Assembly: GCA_017405525.1 (NCBI GenBank)
Contig: JAFRAH010000001.1
Location: 31,024-95,023, forward strand
DNA: 64,000 nt
Source: Synergistaceae bacterium
GTDB taxonomy: Bacteria > Synergistota > Synergistia > Synergistales > Aminobacteriaceae
Reading direction: 5' to 3'
The stretch's first letter is position 1. Each line of letters opens with the position of its first letter. This document shows positions 27,053-41,122 of the stretch, one piece after another. The notes under the pieces are model-generated. The model worked only from the letters and a program-made list of their open reading frames with translations. It made no database searches and had not been told where the DNA came from. A program made the translations under genes and the position numbers.

Positions 27053-28015
27053 ATGGACATAGCGATAACGGGAGACAGCTTCACTCAGGCGAGACTATTA
27101 GGCCCGAATGATGAGAACTTCAGGACTATAGAGGCTCGTTATCCCGTAACATTGACGCTGAACAACGGGGTCGTTCGAGTGAGCGGCCCTGATTCTGACC
27201 CTGTGAGGATTGCAGGCCACCTCATACGCGAACTAGCCTCAGCCGCAGAGAAAGGCCATGAGATTCACACTGACGACATACGCGCCGCAATGGATGCCCT
27301 CGCTGAAGGAAGGGAACTCAACCTTAACGCCCTGTACTCCGAAATCATCTGCACCACAGCACGAGGCAAGCCCATTCGCGCAAAAACCCCCGGACAACGA
27401 GCATACATCAAAGCAATTCGCGACAACTTCATACTTTTCGCCACAGGCCCGGCAGGTACAGGCAAGACGTATTTAGCGGTCTGTGAGGCTGTATCGATGC
27501 TCAAGGCCGGGAAAGTGAACAGGGTTGTTCTTGTCCGTCCTGCTGTTGAGGCGGGAGAGAGCCTGGGATATTTGCCCGGAGACCTTAGAGAGAAGATAGA
27601 GCCCTACGTGAGGCCGCTGTATGATGCGTTCTACGATTTGCTTTCACCCGAAAAGTTCATGCGTTACGCCGACAAGGGAGTGATTGAGATTGTCCCACTG
27701 GCCTACATGAGAGGGAGGACGCTTAACGAGAGCTTCATCATTCTTGACGAGGCACAGAACACAACCCCCCGGCAGATGAAGATGTTTCTCACACGTCTGG
27801 GCTTCGGCTCAAAGGCTGTAGTTACCGGCGACATAACACAGACTGACTTACCCGGCGGGACAACTTCAGGACTCCGAAGTGTCAGGGAAATCCTCAAGGG
27901 CATAAAGGGAATAGACTTCATTGACCTCACTGATGCTGACGTTGTGAGGCATGAGATAGTGCAGAAAATCGTACAGGCATATTCACGGTATGAACAGGAG
28001 CATAACCGGCCATGA
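27053..28015 (+). CDS. phoH: PhoH-family ATPase
   Basis: Walker A ATGPAGTGKTYLAV, ILDEAQN and VVTGDITQTD. Confidence 0.9.
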   Translation: MDIAITGDSFTQARLLGPNDENFRTIEARYPVTLTLNNGVVRVSGPDSDPVRIAGHLIRELASAAEKGHEIHTDDIRAAMDALAEGRELNLNALYSEIICTTARGKPIRAKTPGQRAYIKAIRDNFILFATGPAGTGKTYLAVCEAVSMLKAGKVNRVVLVRPAVEAGESLGYLPGDLREKIEPYVRPLYDAFYDLLSPEKFMRYADKGVIEIVPLAYMRGRTLNESFIILDEAQNTTPRQMKMFLTRLGFGSKAVVTGDITQTDLPGGTTSGLRSVREILKGIKGIDFIDLTDADVVRHEIVQKIVQAYSRYEQEHNRP

Positions 28016-30162
28016 AGAGAAACAAAACCCGGACGAAACCCCGCGTATTGATACCCTCCGAACAAAGCATATTCCAGCGCATTGACTTCACCCGGATATT
28101 CCAGTACACCGGCCCGTTAGTGTTCCTTCTTGTTGCGGGAATACTCCTCGTGCTGGCTCAATGGGCAGTCCTCAACAGGCGGGGGGACAGCTTCAAGGTC
28201 GGCGAGCCATCACCTGAGACCTACAGGGTAATCACTCACATGCGATATGACGACCAGGAATCGGCGGCGGCTTTGCGCTCAATGGTCAGTGATAGCGTCG
28301 TGGGCGTTACGGTGCGTGATGTCTCGGCGAAATCGAGGCTTCAACGGAGGCTTGAGGCAGTCCGGGACGTTAAGGATGTCCAATCGGCGAAAACTTCAGC
28401 GTATCTCTCGTACCTTCCTGAACTCCTGGTGAATGCCGTAATACGTCTCAGTGATTCCGACAAATCACGCATCATCAACCTTGCGTATCAGGCAGGGAGC
28501 TCATACATTGACCGTCTGGAGGCTGAGAAGGTCTACAGGGAGAATGCTACCCTCATGGCCTCGATACTCTGGGAGGAGATCAACAAGACCGGCGCAAGCG
28601 TGAATGATGCAAACTTCGTGTACCAGATACTTGCGGGCTTGGGCAACCTCAACTTCAGGACAGACGAGGAATTGACCGACTTGACCCGTCAGGCGGCAGT
28701 CCGTGATGTCCCTGCGATTGACAGGAGGCTTGAACCCGGTGATGTCATCGTCAACAGGGGCGAGACAGTTACGGAACAGACGGCAATACTCCTCAGGCTC
28801 CAGGGCTACACTGAGGACGTTTTCCCGTTCACTGAGCTGTTCTCCGTGATACTCTGTGTATTCGCTCTCCCTATATGGCTGAGCATCTTGGGCAGGGGTG
28901 CTGGCGAACATAAACCTTCATGGTGGTGCATCGTCTTCATCGTGATAGCGGCGTGGGGCTTCGAGACTTTGGCGGCGAGAATAGGCATTTATGGTGCGGG
29001 AACTCTCGGAGCTGTTGCTGTGTCGTTCCTCTGCATTGATGACTACCTTGCGTTCTGCATTGCGTTCTTGGCCTCAGCATCGGGGGTGTTCGTCATTACC
29101 GGGCAGGCTGTCTCAAACGTGATACTTCTTTCGGCAATGTCAGTCTTTGCGTCAACCTTGGGCTTCTACCTCTTGCGCAACCTCGAATCACGCCGTCAGG
29201 TCTCACGCAGGATCATGATTGCCGCATTCATCATCACGGTTATACGTATGACGTTGAGATGCGTACAGTCGAGCCCGTTCGTGAGGGACAGTTTCAGGCT
29301 GTTCATTCCGCTGGGTGAATTCTGGCTTGAGGCAGGATTGTTCTTCATCTATGAGGCATGTGTAGGGCTTGCTATGATGGCAATGCTCCCATACTTTGAG
29401 GAATACTTGGGGACGCTCTCAATCATGAGCATACGGGACATAAGCAATCCTTCAAGCCCACTGCTCCGGGACTTACAGCAGCACGCCCCCGGAACGTACC
29501 AGCACAGCATCACTATAGCCACGCTGATTGAGGCTGTCGGTCTTGAGCTCGGAATGGACACGAACTTACTGCGTGCAGGTGCCTACTACCACGACATAGG
29601 GAAGCTGAGGAAGCCTGAGTATTTCGTGGAGAACCAGGGAGGCGGCGATAACATTCACGACACAATGACCCCTGAACTGAGCTCAATGGCGATAATCTCA
29701 CACGTGAAGGACGGCCTGGAGCTTGCATGGGAGGCAAAACTTCCGAAAAGAATCCGGGACTTCATCGCTGAACATCACGGCGACACTTCAACGCGATACT
29801 TCTACAACAAGGCCATAGCATCCGGGCATAAAGTCGAGTGGTCGCAGTTCTGTTATCCCGGACCAAAACCACAATCACGGGAGACGGCCCTGCTGATGAT
29901 TACGGACTCTGTTGAGGCGGCTGTGAGGGCGGCAAATATCCGCGACCTTGAGGCCGAAGACAGCAACCGGGGAAAAGGCCAAGCAGTGAGCACGATCGAA
30001 AAGATAGTGAACCAGGTCATACAGAGCAAGATAAACGAGGGACAATTTGAGGACGTTGCATTCACGATAAAAGATCTCAACACGGTGAAGAAGACGCTAA
30101 TATCCGTGCTAATGTCAATGTACCACACGCGCAAAGTCAAGAAGATAGAGCGCAGGAAATAA
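28012..30162 (+). CDS. pgpH: 7TM-receptor HD-domain phosphohydrolase (PgpH/YqfF type)
   Basis: Extracellular N-domain, seven hydrophobic segments, then an HD domain (HSITIATL...YYHDIGK...EHHG). ATGA overlap with phoH. Conserved phoH-yqfF-ybeY order. Confidence 0.75.
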   Translation: MKRNKTRTKPRVLIPSEQSIFQRIDFTRIFQYTGPLVFLLVAGILLVLAQWAVLNRRGDSFKVGEPSPETYRVITHMRYDDQESAAALRSMVSDSVVGVTVRDVSAKSRLQRRLEAVRDVKDVQSAKTSAYLSYLPELLVNAVIRLSDSDKSRIINLAYQAGSSYIDRLEAEKVYRENATLMASILWEEINKTGASVNDANFVYQILAGLGNLNFRTDEELTDLTRQAAVRDVPAIDRRLEPGDVIVNRGETVTEQTAILLRLQGYTEDVFPFTELFSVILCVFALPIWLSILGRGAGEHKPSWWCIVFIVIAAWGFETLAARIGIYGAGTLGAVAVSFLCIDDYLAFCIAFLASASGVFVITGQAVSNVILLSAMSVFASTLGFYLLRNLESRRQVSRRIMIAAFIITVIRMTLRCVQSSPFVRDSFRLFIPLGEFWLEAGLFFIYEACVGLAMMAMLPYFEEYLGTLSIMSIRDISNPSSPLLRDLQQHAPGTYQHSITIATLIEAVGLELGMDTNLLRAGAYYHDIGKLRKPEYFVENQGGGDNIHDTMTPELSSMAIISHVKDGLELAWEAKLPKRIRDFIAEHHGDTSTRYFYNKAIASGHKVEWSQFCYPGPKPQSRETALLMITDSVEAAVRAANIRDLEAEDSNRGKGQAVSTIEKIVNQVIQSKINEGQFEDVAFTIKDLNTVKKTLISVLMSMYHTRKVKKIERRK

Positions 30163-30184
30163 AAACGAAAGGTGTTAGTTATAC

Positions 30185-30703
30185 TTGAAGTTATCATTTC
30201 GCATTGAATCCCCTGAAGACTCATCAGGAGCAGGAGACAGTAACAGTCCCGGCACAAATCCAGATTACCCCGACATAAAACGTTACAGCACAGAGAAAGT
30301 TTCAGGCATACTTGAAGGCTATCTTGCTGAGTTGCTCCCTGCCTCAAGGAATTATGATGCCGCAGAAATCTCATTGACCTTCATGAACCCTGACGGAATA
30401 CGCGACATTAACCGCGACTACAGGGACGTTGACGAGCCCACCGATGTATTGTCCTTCCCGATGTTCGAGGCCGGAGAAATCCCCGGTGATATTCCCGTCC
30501 TTATGCTGGGCGACATAGTCATTTGCCCGGAGGAAGTATCACGCCTTCACCCTGAGCTTTCACGCGACGAAGGAATTTCCCTCATGCTTGCACACTCATT
30601 CCTTCACCTTCTGGGCTATGACCACGACACTGACGAGAAGCAGGCGGCCATGTGGACGAAGCAGGACGAGATAGCGCGCAAGATTCTGGGGGTGCTTGAG
30701 TGA
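30185..30703 (+). CDS. ybeY: rRNA maturation endoribonuclease YbeY
   Basis: PTDVLSFP and the zinc motif HSFLHLLGYDH. TTG start; exact start uncertain. Confidence 0.85.
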   Translation: MKLSFRIESPEDSSGAGDSNSPGTNPDYPDIKRYSTEKVSGILEGYLAELLPASRNYDAAEISLTFMNPDGIRDINRDYRDVDEPTDVLSFPMFEAGEIPGDIPVLMLGDIVICPEEVSRLHPELSRDEGISLMLAHSFLHLLGYDHDTDEKQAAMWTKQDEIARKILGVLE

Positions 30704-31992
30704 TGGCGGGGGTAATCACGGGGTTTGTGGTGCTGTTCCTATTGTCGGCATTCTTCAGCGGTGCAGAGACCTCAATAACCGCAACAGGTACAGGAAAGCT
30801 CCTAACACTTCAGGAACAGGGCAAGTATCACTTCCTGAACTCAACGTTTCAGTGGCTCATTGACGACACACAGGAAGCCCTGACCGTCTGCCTCATCTCG
30901 AACAATGTCGTGAACATCTCAGCTAGTGCATTGGCCTCAAGCGTTGCACTCCAGATATTCGGGGCGGGGGCACTTGTTGTTGTTGTTCCTGTGATGACGG
31001 TCTTGATCGTGATATTCGGCGAGATTCTGCCCAAGAGTGCCGCAATGGTCTACTCGGAGAATGTCCTTATTGTTGCCGCGCCAATATTGAGGATTCTGGC
31101 ATTCCTGATTAGCCCTGTAGCGTGGGCAATGAAGAAGTGCGTTACTGGTATCGGGCTGCTCCTTCATATTGACTTGGGGACACAGCAGGTATTCGTTACT
31201 CGTGATGAGATTGAACAGGTCGTGAAGATTGCGGCAGACAGCGGGGCACTTGAAGCCTCAGAACGCCGTATGATTGACGGGATAATCGACTTTGACGAGA
31301 CAAGAGTCCGGGAGATCATGATACCGCGCACCGACATGATAGCTCTTGACGTGAACGACAGCTTGGAGGAAGCCGTAAAGATATTCATTGACGAGGGGCA
31401 TTCACGGATTCCTGTCTACGAAGACAGCCCGGACAATATCGTTGGCATTCTCTACGTCAAGGACACGCTGAAGGATCTTAGCGGCGGCGATTTGTCCCGG
31501 AGCGTCAGGGAACTTCTGAGGAAGCCTATATTTGTCCCTGAGACTATAAGGACTGCCGAGCTACTGGAGAACATGAGGCGCGAACACATCCACATAGCCA
31601 TAATCGTCGACGAATACGGTGGAGTTGCCGGGCTCGTTACGATGGAGGACATTCTGGAGCAGATAGTCGGGGAAATTCAGGACGAATACGACGAGGAAGC
31701 CCCGGAGATACAGAAACTTGAAGACGGCTCATATCTTGTTCAGGGTAGCATAAGCCTTGAGGATCTGAGCGATGCTTTAGGCTCTGAGTTCACGAGTGAT
31801 GATGCCGAGACGTTAGGGGGGCTCGTGCTGCTGCTGTCGGGGAGTTTCCCGGAAGTTGGCGAGGTCTTCACGTATGAGGGCTGGAACATCAAGGTTGCCG
31901 AACTCGAAGAACACAGGATAACCCTCCTCAACCTCTCGAAGGCTGACGGTTTCCTGCCCAATGACCCAAAGGACTACAGCGAGGACGAATAG
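30700..31992 (+). CDS. CNNM/TlyC-family membrane protein (DUF21 + CBS pair + CorC_HlyC)
   Basis: N-terminal 4-TM domain, a CBS pair (IMIPRTDM...SRIPVYE...IVGILYVKD) and a C-terminal transporter-associated domain. Confidence 0.85.
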   Translation: MMAGVITGFVVLFLLSAFFSGAETSITATGTGKLLTLQEQGKYHFLNSTFQWLIDDTQEALTVCLISNNVVNISASALASSVALQIFGAGALVVVVPVMTVLIVIFGEILPKSAAMVYSENVLIVAAPILRILAFLISPVAWAMKKCVTGIGLLLHIDLGTQQVFVTRDEIEQVVKIAADSGALEASERRMIDGIIDFDETRVREIMIPRTDMIALDVNDSLEEAVKIFIDEGHSRIPVYEDSPDNIVGILYVKDTLKDLSGGDLSRSVRELLRKPIFVPETIRTAELLENMRREHIHIAIIVDEYGGVAGLVTMEDILEQIVGEIQDEYDEEAPEIQKLEDGSYLVQGSISLEDLSDALGSEFTSDDAETLGGLVLLLSGSFPEVGEVFTYEGWNIKVAELEEHRITLLNLSKADGFLPNDPKDYSEDE

Positions 31993-31995
31993 GCA

Positions 31996-32041
31996 GAAAA
32001 ACAAAATCCCCCGGCCATGAACTGACTGGGGGATTATTTTT
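31996..32041. terminator. bidirectional intrinsic terminator between the convergent CNNM gene and dnaK
   Basis: AATCCCCC (32005-12) pairs with GGGGGATT (32028-35). Flanked by an A-rich run upstream and T5 downstream, so it reads as hairpin plus U-run on both strands. Confidence 0.6.
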
Positions 32042-32057
32042 GTGTCGGTCTGAAACT

Positions 32058-33908
<1,851 letters not shown>

Positions 33909-34421
33909 TTATGCTTCGTACTTCCCTACTGTTACCTGTGAGGGACGCAATACCCTCTCTTTTGTCCTGTAGCCTTTGAGCCTTTCAGTTATGATTTTGC
34001 CGTCAAGTTCAGGGTCATCAACATTCTCTGTTCCTGATGCGTCATGAAGTGCCGGGTCAAAGCTCTCACCTTCCGACTTAATGGCCGTAACTCCCAACCC
34101 CTCAAGCACCCCGACAAACTGCCGCTGAACCATCTCAACACCCTTCAGGATGCTCTTTGCGTCCTCTGAGCTTGCGGCATCAAGTGCCCTGTCCAGGTTG
34201 TCGAGAACCGGGAGTATTGACGTGATTACTTCCTCCTGTGCTCTCTTGCGGGTCTCCTGTCGTTCCTTGATGGTGCGCTGGCGGAAGTTGTAGAAGTCTG
34301 CGGTCGTGGCCTTGAGCTGGCGTGTGAGGCTCTCTATCTCCTTCTGTGATTCATCGTCTGCTGTTTCAGGCTGTATTTCCTCACTTCCTGCCTCGTCTGT
34401 CCTCTCGTCTTCGTCATTCAT
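33909..34421 (-). CDS. grpE: nucleotide exchange factor GrpE
   Basis: Acidic N-terminus, coiled coil, then FDPALHDA...V..ERLKGY, typical of GrpE. ATG 34421 has a GAGGTG SD and overlaps the hrcA stop; the track's longer N-terminus is unlikely. Confidence 0.9.
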   Translation of the reverse strand: MNDEDERTDEAGSEEIQPETADDESQKEIESLTRQLKATTADFYNFRQRTIKERQETRKRAQEEVITSILPVLDNLDRALDAASSEDAKSILKGVEMVQRQFVGVLEGLGVTAIKSEGESFDPALHDASGTENVDDPELDGKIITERLKGYRTKERVLRPSQVTVGKYEA

Positions 34422-35439
34422 TCGTCTCACCTCTCTTTGAGTCCTCATCAAGAACATCTGCAACGCTCTCAAGTATGTTGATTGAACGCTCATAGTCCAT
34501 TCTCAGCGGGCCGATCAGTCCGAGCACTGCCTTTTGCTGTCGTGGCCTTGCGGGAATGAGTATCATTGCGTTATCCTCCATTCCTTCGGTCTCGTTCTCC
34601 TCACCGAGTGAAATCTTGAGTGCCTTGCTCTCCTTGCACTTCTCGATCATGCGGGCAAGGGGCTTTTCCTGCTCCAATAAGTTCAAGACCGCCTGAAGCC
34701 GTGAAAGTGCCTGAAAGTGCGGGACTCCCAGAATCTGCCTTGCTCCTGAGCTGAAGAACTTATAGTTTTGCTCAGTGAGGAACTTGTCGAGCTCCTTTAT
34801 GGCATCCCTGCATGAGCTTTCAGCATCCTCAAGCCCTGACATGACATATTGCGAGAGAATTTCCCGGACTTCAGTCCACGAATGCCCGTCCGCTACGGTG
34901 TTGATCCTGTGTGTGAGTTCCTCCAGAGTTCCCGCGTCAATGTCGTATGGGAGCGTGAACTGTGAGTGATGAACGAGCCCGCCCTTTAGGACAATCAGCG
35001 CAAGAACGTTATTCCCGCCCATGAGCATGAGGTCAATGTGCTGTATTTCCGCGTCGTCAAGTGTGGGAACAGCCGCAACAGCAACGCAGTTAGTCAGCCT
35101 TGCCATGAGGTGAGTAACATGCATGAGGAGATCCTCAATCCCGCTTCTGCTTCCGAGTATTTCGCGCCTTATGTCCTCGGTGTGCATGTGATGCCTTGCC
35201 CTCGATGTTACGGAGTCAACGTAGACCCTGTAGGCTCTTGCTGTGGGCAGCCTTCCTGATGATGAGTGAGGCTGATAGAAATATCCCAGCTCCTCAAGGT
35301 CAGCCATCTCGTTACGGATTGTTGCCGGGCTTAACCCCTTGATGTACTTTCTCACAATTGTGCGCGAACCTGCAGGCTCACCCGTCTTGATGTACTCGTA
35401 GACCACCGCGAGAATGATGCTTAACTGCCGTTCTGTCAT
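34414..35439 (-). CDS. hrcA: heat-inducible transcription repressor HrcA
   Basis: N-terminal winged-helix region: ERQLSIILAVVYEYIKTGEPAGSRTI...SPATIRNEMADLEELGY. First gene of hrcA-grpE-dnaK. AGGAGG SD. Confidence 0.9.
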   Translation of the reverse strand: MTERQLSIILAVVYEYIKTGEPAGSRTIVRKYIKGLSPATIRNEMADLEELGYFYQPHSSSGRLPTARAYRVYVDSVTSRARHHMHTEDIRREILGSRSGIEDLLMHVTHLMARLTNCVAVAAVPTLDDAEIQHIDLMLMGGNNVLALIVLKGGLVHHSQFTLPYDIDAGTLEELTHRINTVADGHSWTEVREILSQYVMSGLEDAESSCRDAIKELDKFLTEQNYKFFSSGARQILGVPHFQALSRLQAVLNLLEQEKPLARMIEKCKESKALKISLGEENETEGMEDNAMILIPARPRQQKAVLGLIGPLRMDYERSINILESVADVLDEDSKRGETNE

Positions 35440-35463
35440 ATTTGCTCACCTCCTGTTAGTGTC

Positions 35464-35490
35464 TTAGCACTCAGACCTAATGAGTGCCAT
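35464..35490 (-). promoter_or_regulatory. CIRCE operator (HrcA binding site)
   Basis: TTAGCACTC-N9-GAGTGCCAT versus consensus TTAGCACTC-N9-GAGTGCTAA. One arm is perfect and the other differs in its last bases. Located between the promoter and the hrcA SD. Confidence 0.8.
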
Positions 35491-35509
35491 TAAAATTTTA
35501 ACGCGGATA

Positions 35510-35538
35510 AGATTAGCAGAGGGTGTGAAAAATGTCAA
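35510..35538 (-). promoter_or_regulatory. sigma70-type promoter of hrcA-grpE-dnaK
   Basis: On the minus strand: TTGACA (35538-33), a 17-nt spacer, then TAATCT (35515-10). Sits about 20 nt upstream of CIRCE. Confidence 0.55.
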
Positions 35539-35589
35539 CAGGGATAAATCAACCTACATGCTATAATCGCGGCCATGAGGTGAACTGAC

Positions 35590-38321
<2,732 letters not shown>

Positions 38322-38352
38322 CAACACAAAATCTTACACAGGAGGCAACACA

Positions 38353-40242
38353 ATGGACTACAAGGAACTAGCGGCAAAACTACTCGAACACGTCGGCGGC
38401 AAATTCAACGTCAAGGGCGTGGTTCACTGCGCAACCCGTCTCAGGTTCACCCTCAACGATGACGGCAAGGCCAACACTGACGCAATCACCAAGCTCAAGG
38501 GAGTCCTTCAGGTCGTCAACGCAGGAGGACAGTATCAGGTCGTCATAGGCCCGGATGTCCCGCAGGTCTATCAGGAAGTCGTGGCACTCGGAGGCTTCGA
38601 GTCATCCGCCGCAATCGATGACCCCAACGCCGAAAAAGAGGACAACCGCTCGAAACTCAGCAGGCTACTTGAGAGCATAGCAAGCATCTTCCAGCCCATT
38701 ATCCCGGCGATTACCGGTGCAGGTCTCCTCAAGGCGTTAATGGCACTGTTCGTGTGGCTGGGCTGGCTCAAGACAGGGACTCAGACATACACCATCCTTA
38801 ACGCAATGGCTGATGCGGCGTTCTACTTCATGCCCATATTGCTGGCCGCGTCATGTGCCCGGAAGTTCAAGTGCAACCAAGGCAACGCTCTTGCACTCGC
38901 TGGAGTCCTCGTTTACCCGTCGTTCATGGCTCTCATGTCGGGGAAAGAGGCCGTAACATTCCTAGGCTTCCTCCCGGTAACGCGCGCTCCTTATGCCTCG
39001 TCAGTAATCCCGATAATTCTCGGTGTGTGGTTCATGTCAATCGTTGAGCATTGGGCGCAGAAAGTCTCACCCCGCGCGGTAAAGTTCTTCTCCGTCCCAC
39101 TGGCAAGCCTCCTCATTGGCGGAACAGTAACGATTACACTTCTCGGCCCTATAGGTTCTTGGGCTTCAGGACTCATCAACGCGCTCTTTACGTGGATGAA
39201 CGCAACTATTCCGTGGCTTGTCCCGACACTCGTGGGATTCTTCTCACCGTTGCTGGTCATGACAGGCACACACTACGGGCTAATCCCAATCGGCACGAAC
39301 AACCTCGCTACGGTCAAATGGGACTCAGTCATCATCGGAATGCTCCCGTCTAACATTGCTCAGGGTGCGGCAGGTCTTGCTGTTGCTGTGCGCTCAAAGA
39401 ACCCCGACACTAAGCAGCAGGCAGCCTCAGCGGGACTTACGGGCGTTCTCGGAATCACTGAGCCGGTGCTTTACGGTGTCAACATGCGATTCACGTTCCC
39501 ACTTTATGCGGCCATGATAGGCGGCGGGCTTGGCGGTCTCTACATGGGACTGACGAGGGTCGCGAGATTTGCGGGAGGGTCTCCGGGGCTCTTGGTGTTG
39601 CCGGGATATATCCCACATGCTGAGGCTCTGGCTCTGGGCTACACAATGACCAACTTCATGCACGCTGTAATCGGCGGAGTAGTTATTGCGTTCGTGAGCT
39701 CGTGGGTAATCTGCAACGTTCTCTTTGACGTGTGGAAGAAGCAGGGCAAGATACCTCCCGAAGAACTTGGGCAGGTCCTCCCTGATGTTCCTGATGATGT
39801 GATTGTTTCAGTGGCTGAAGGAAGGTTTATCGGGCCTGACGAGATAAAGGACGAGGCATTTGCGGGGCAGTCAATGGGACAGACAATAGCGGTTGAGCCT
39901 TCTGACGGGCTGATAGCGTCCCCGGCAAACGGAGTAATAGAGATGATTTTCCCGACAGCCCATGCTTTCGGTCTCAGGATGAAGGACGGTACGGGTCTGC
40001 TCGTTCATATAGGCATTGACACGGTGAAACTGAACGGCAAGGGATTTACGCTCATGAAGAAGCAGGGCGACACAGTGAAGGCCGGGGAACCAGTAGTGCG
40101 TGCAGACCTTGAGGCGATCAGGAAGGCAGGATATTCCCCGCAGACAATCGTGGTAATCACTGAGCCTGTCAGGGAGGATGAATTGATGTCGTTCATCGAG
40201 TTCGGAAAGGATGTATCACGGGGCGACATACTGAGCAAGTAG
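38353..40242 (+). CDS. bglF: PTS beta-glucoside-specific EIIBCA component
   Basis: EIIB VVHCATRLRF (active Cys), a multi-TM EIIC, and EIIA with HIGIDTV (active His). GGAGG SD before ATG 38353; the track's earlier start is an artefact. Confidence 0.9.
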   Translation: MDYKELAAKLLEHVGGKFNVKGVVHCATRLRFTLNDDGKANTDAITKLKGVLQVVNAGGQYQVVIGPDVPQVYQEVVALGGFESSAAIDDPNAEKEDNRSKLSRLLESIASIFQPIIPAITGAGLLKALMALFVWLGWLKTGTQTYTILNAMADAAFYFMPILLAASCARKFKCNQGNALALAGVLVYPSFMALMSGKEAVTFLGFLPVTRAPYASSVIPIILGVWFMSIVEHWAQKVSPRAVKFFSVPLASLLIGGTVTITLLGPIGSWASGLINALFTWMNATIPWLVPTLVGFFSPLLVMTGTHYGLIPIGTNNLATVKWDSVIIGMLPSNIAQGAAGLAVAVRSKNPDTKQQAASAGLTGVLGITEPVLYGVNMRFTFPLYAAMIGGGLGGLYMGLTRVARFAGGSPGLLVLPGYIPHAEALALGYTMTNFMHAVIGGVVIAFVSSWVICNVLFDVWKKQGKIPPEELGQVLPDVPDDVIVSVAEGRFIGPDEIKDEAFAGQSMGQTIAVEPSDGLIASPANGVIEMIFPTAHAFGLRMKDGTGLLVHIGIDTVKLNGKGFTLMKKQGDTVKAGEPVVRADLEAIRKAGYSPQTIVVITEPVREDELMSFIEFGKDVSRGDILSK

Positions 40243-40251
40243 TATAGGGAG

Positions 40252-40297
40252 TGCCGGGATTTCAGGAGTTAAATTCTGAGTTCCGGCATATTTTTTT
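40252..40297 (+). terminator. intrinsic terminator after bglF
   Basis: TGCCGGGA (40252-59) pairs with TTCCGGCA (40281-88), followed by T7. Confidence 0.6.
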
Positions 40298-40302
40298 GTC
40301 AA

Positions 40303-41079
40303 TCAAGATTTTTCAGCGAGGACATGATACCCGAAACAAAGAACCTCACCTGAAGAAGTATCATTCATGCTCATGGCCGCTAAACGTCTGAGAATAATCG
40401 CTCTGGCAATGTATCCAAGTATTCCGAGTCCTTTTCCTGAATATTTCCTGCCCATTGATTTGATCCTGCGGATTTCTTGAGCCATGTAGCTGAAATAATT
40501 TCCGTTGGGGGGTATTGACAGCATATTGAAGCCGTTATCATTGAGGACTTTTTCGTACCAGTAACGGTTGAAGCCTGTAGCGAAATGGTAGGGTGCAAAA
40601 TGCGTAAGGCTGCAGAACGGAGCAGTGAGTATGAGCCTCCCGCCCTTCCTGAGAAGCCGGGAAAATTCACGTACGGCATCTTCGGGTCTGAATATGTGCT
40701 CGAAAACTTCACTGCAAAGGATGGCATCAAATGACGAGTCCGGCTCAGGGATGTTTGAGATGTCGCTTACTATGTCAATCCGGCTTGTGTCCCATTTCCC
40801 TGTTTGAAGCCCTCTGTTGTTCCCTGTTCCTGTATACTCGCAGAAGTCTTGGCTGACGTAATCGAGGTGAGAGCAGAATTCCTTGTACCTGCACTCTCCT
40901 GCGCCCGCGTCAAGTATCCTGCTGCCGGAAGGAATTTCACTCAGACGTTCCTGAATCCATTTGTCGCGGTTACTTCCGTTGTCGTTGCCCACATTGCAGT
41001 AAAATATGCCTGCGATTTTGCGCAGTACACGTCCTGCTATGGAGCTCATGAAGTTTCTGCGAACGTTATCTGCATACAT
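40303..41079 (-). CDS. class I SAM-dependent methyltransferase
   Basis: Motif I RILDAGAGECRY and acidic post-I/II motifs (SQDF, ILCSEVFEH). Confidence 0.7.
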   Translation of the reverse strand: MYADNVRRNFMSSIAGRVLRKIAGIFYCNVGNDNGSNRDKWIQERLSEIPSGSRILDAGAGECRYKEFCSHLDYVSQDFCEYTGTGNNRGLQTGKWDTSRIDIVSDISNIPEPDSSFDAILCSEVFEHIFRPEDAVREFSRLLRKGGRLILTAPFCSLTHFAPYHFATGFNRYWYEKVLNDNGFNMLSIPPNGNYFSYMAQEIRRIKSMGRKYSGKGLGILGYIARAIILRRLAAMSMNDTSSGEVLCFGYHVLAEKS

Positions 41080-41122
41080 TTCTGCCCTCGTCAGCCTCCC
41101 TAATACCTGAATCTATGAGGTA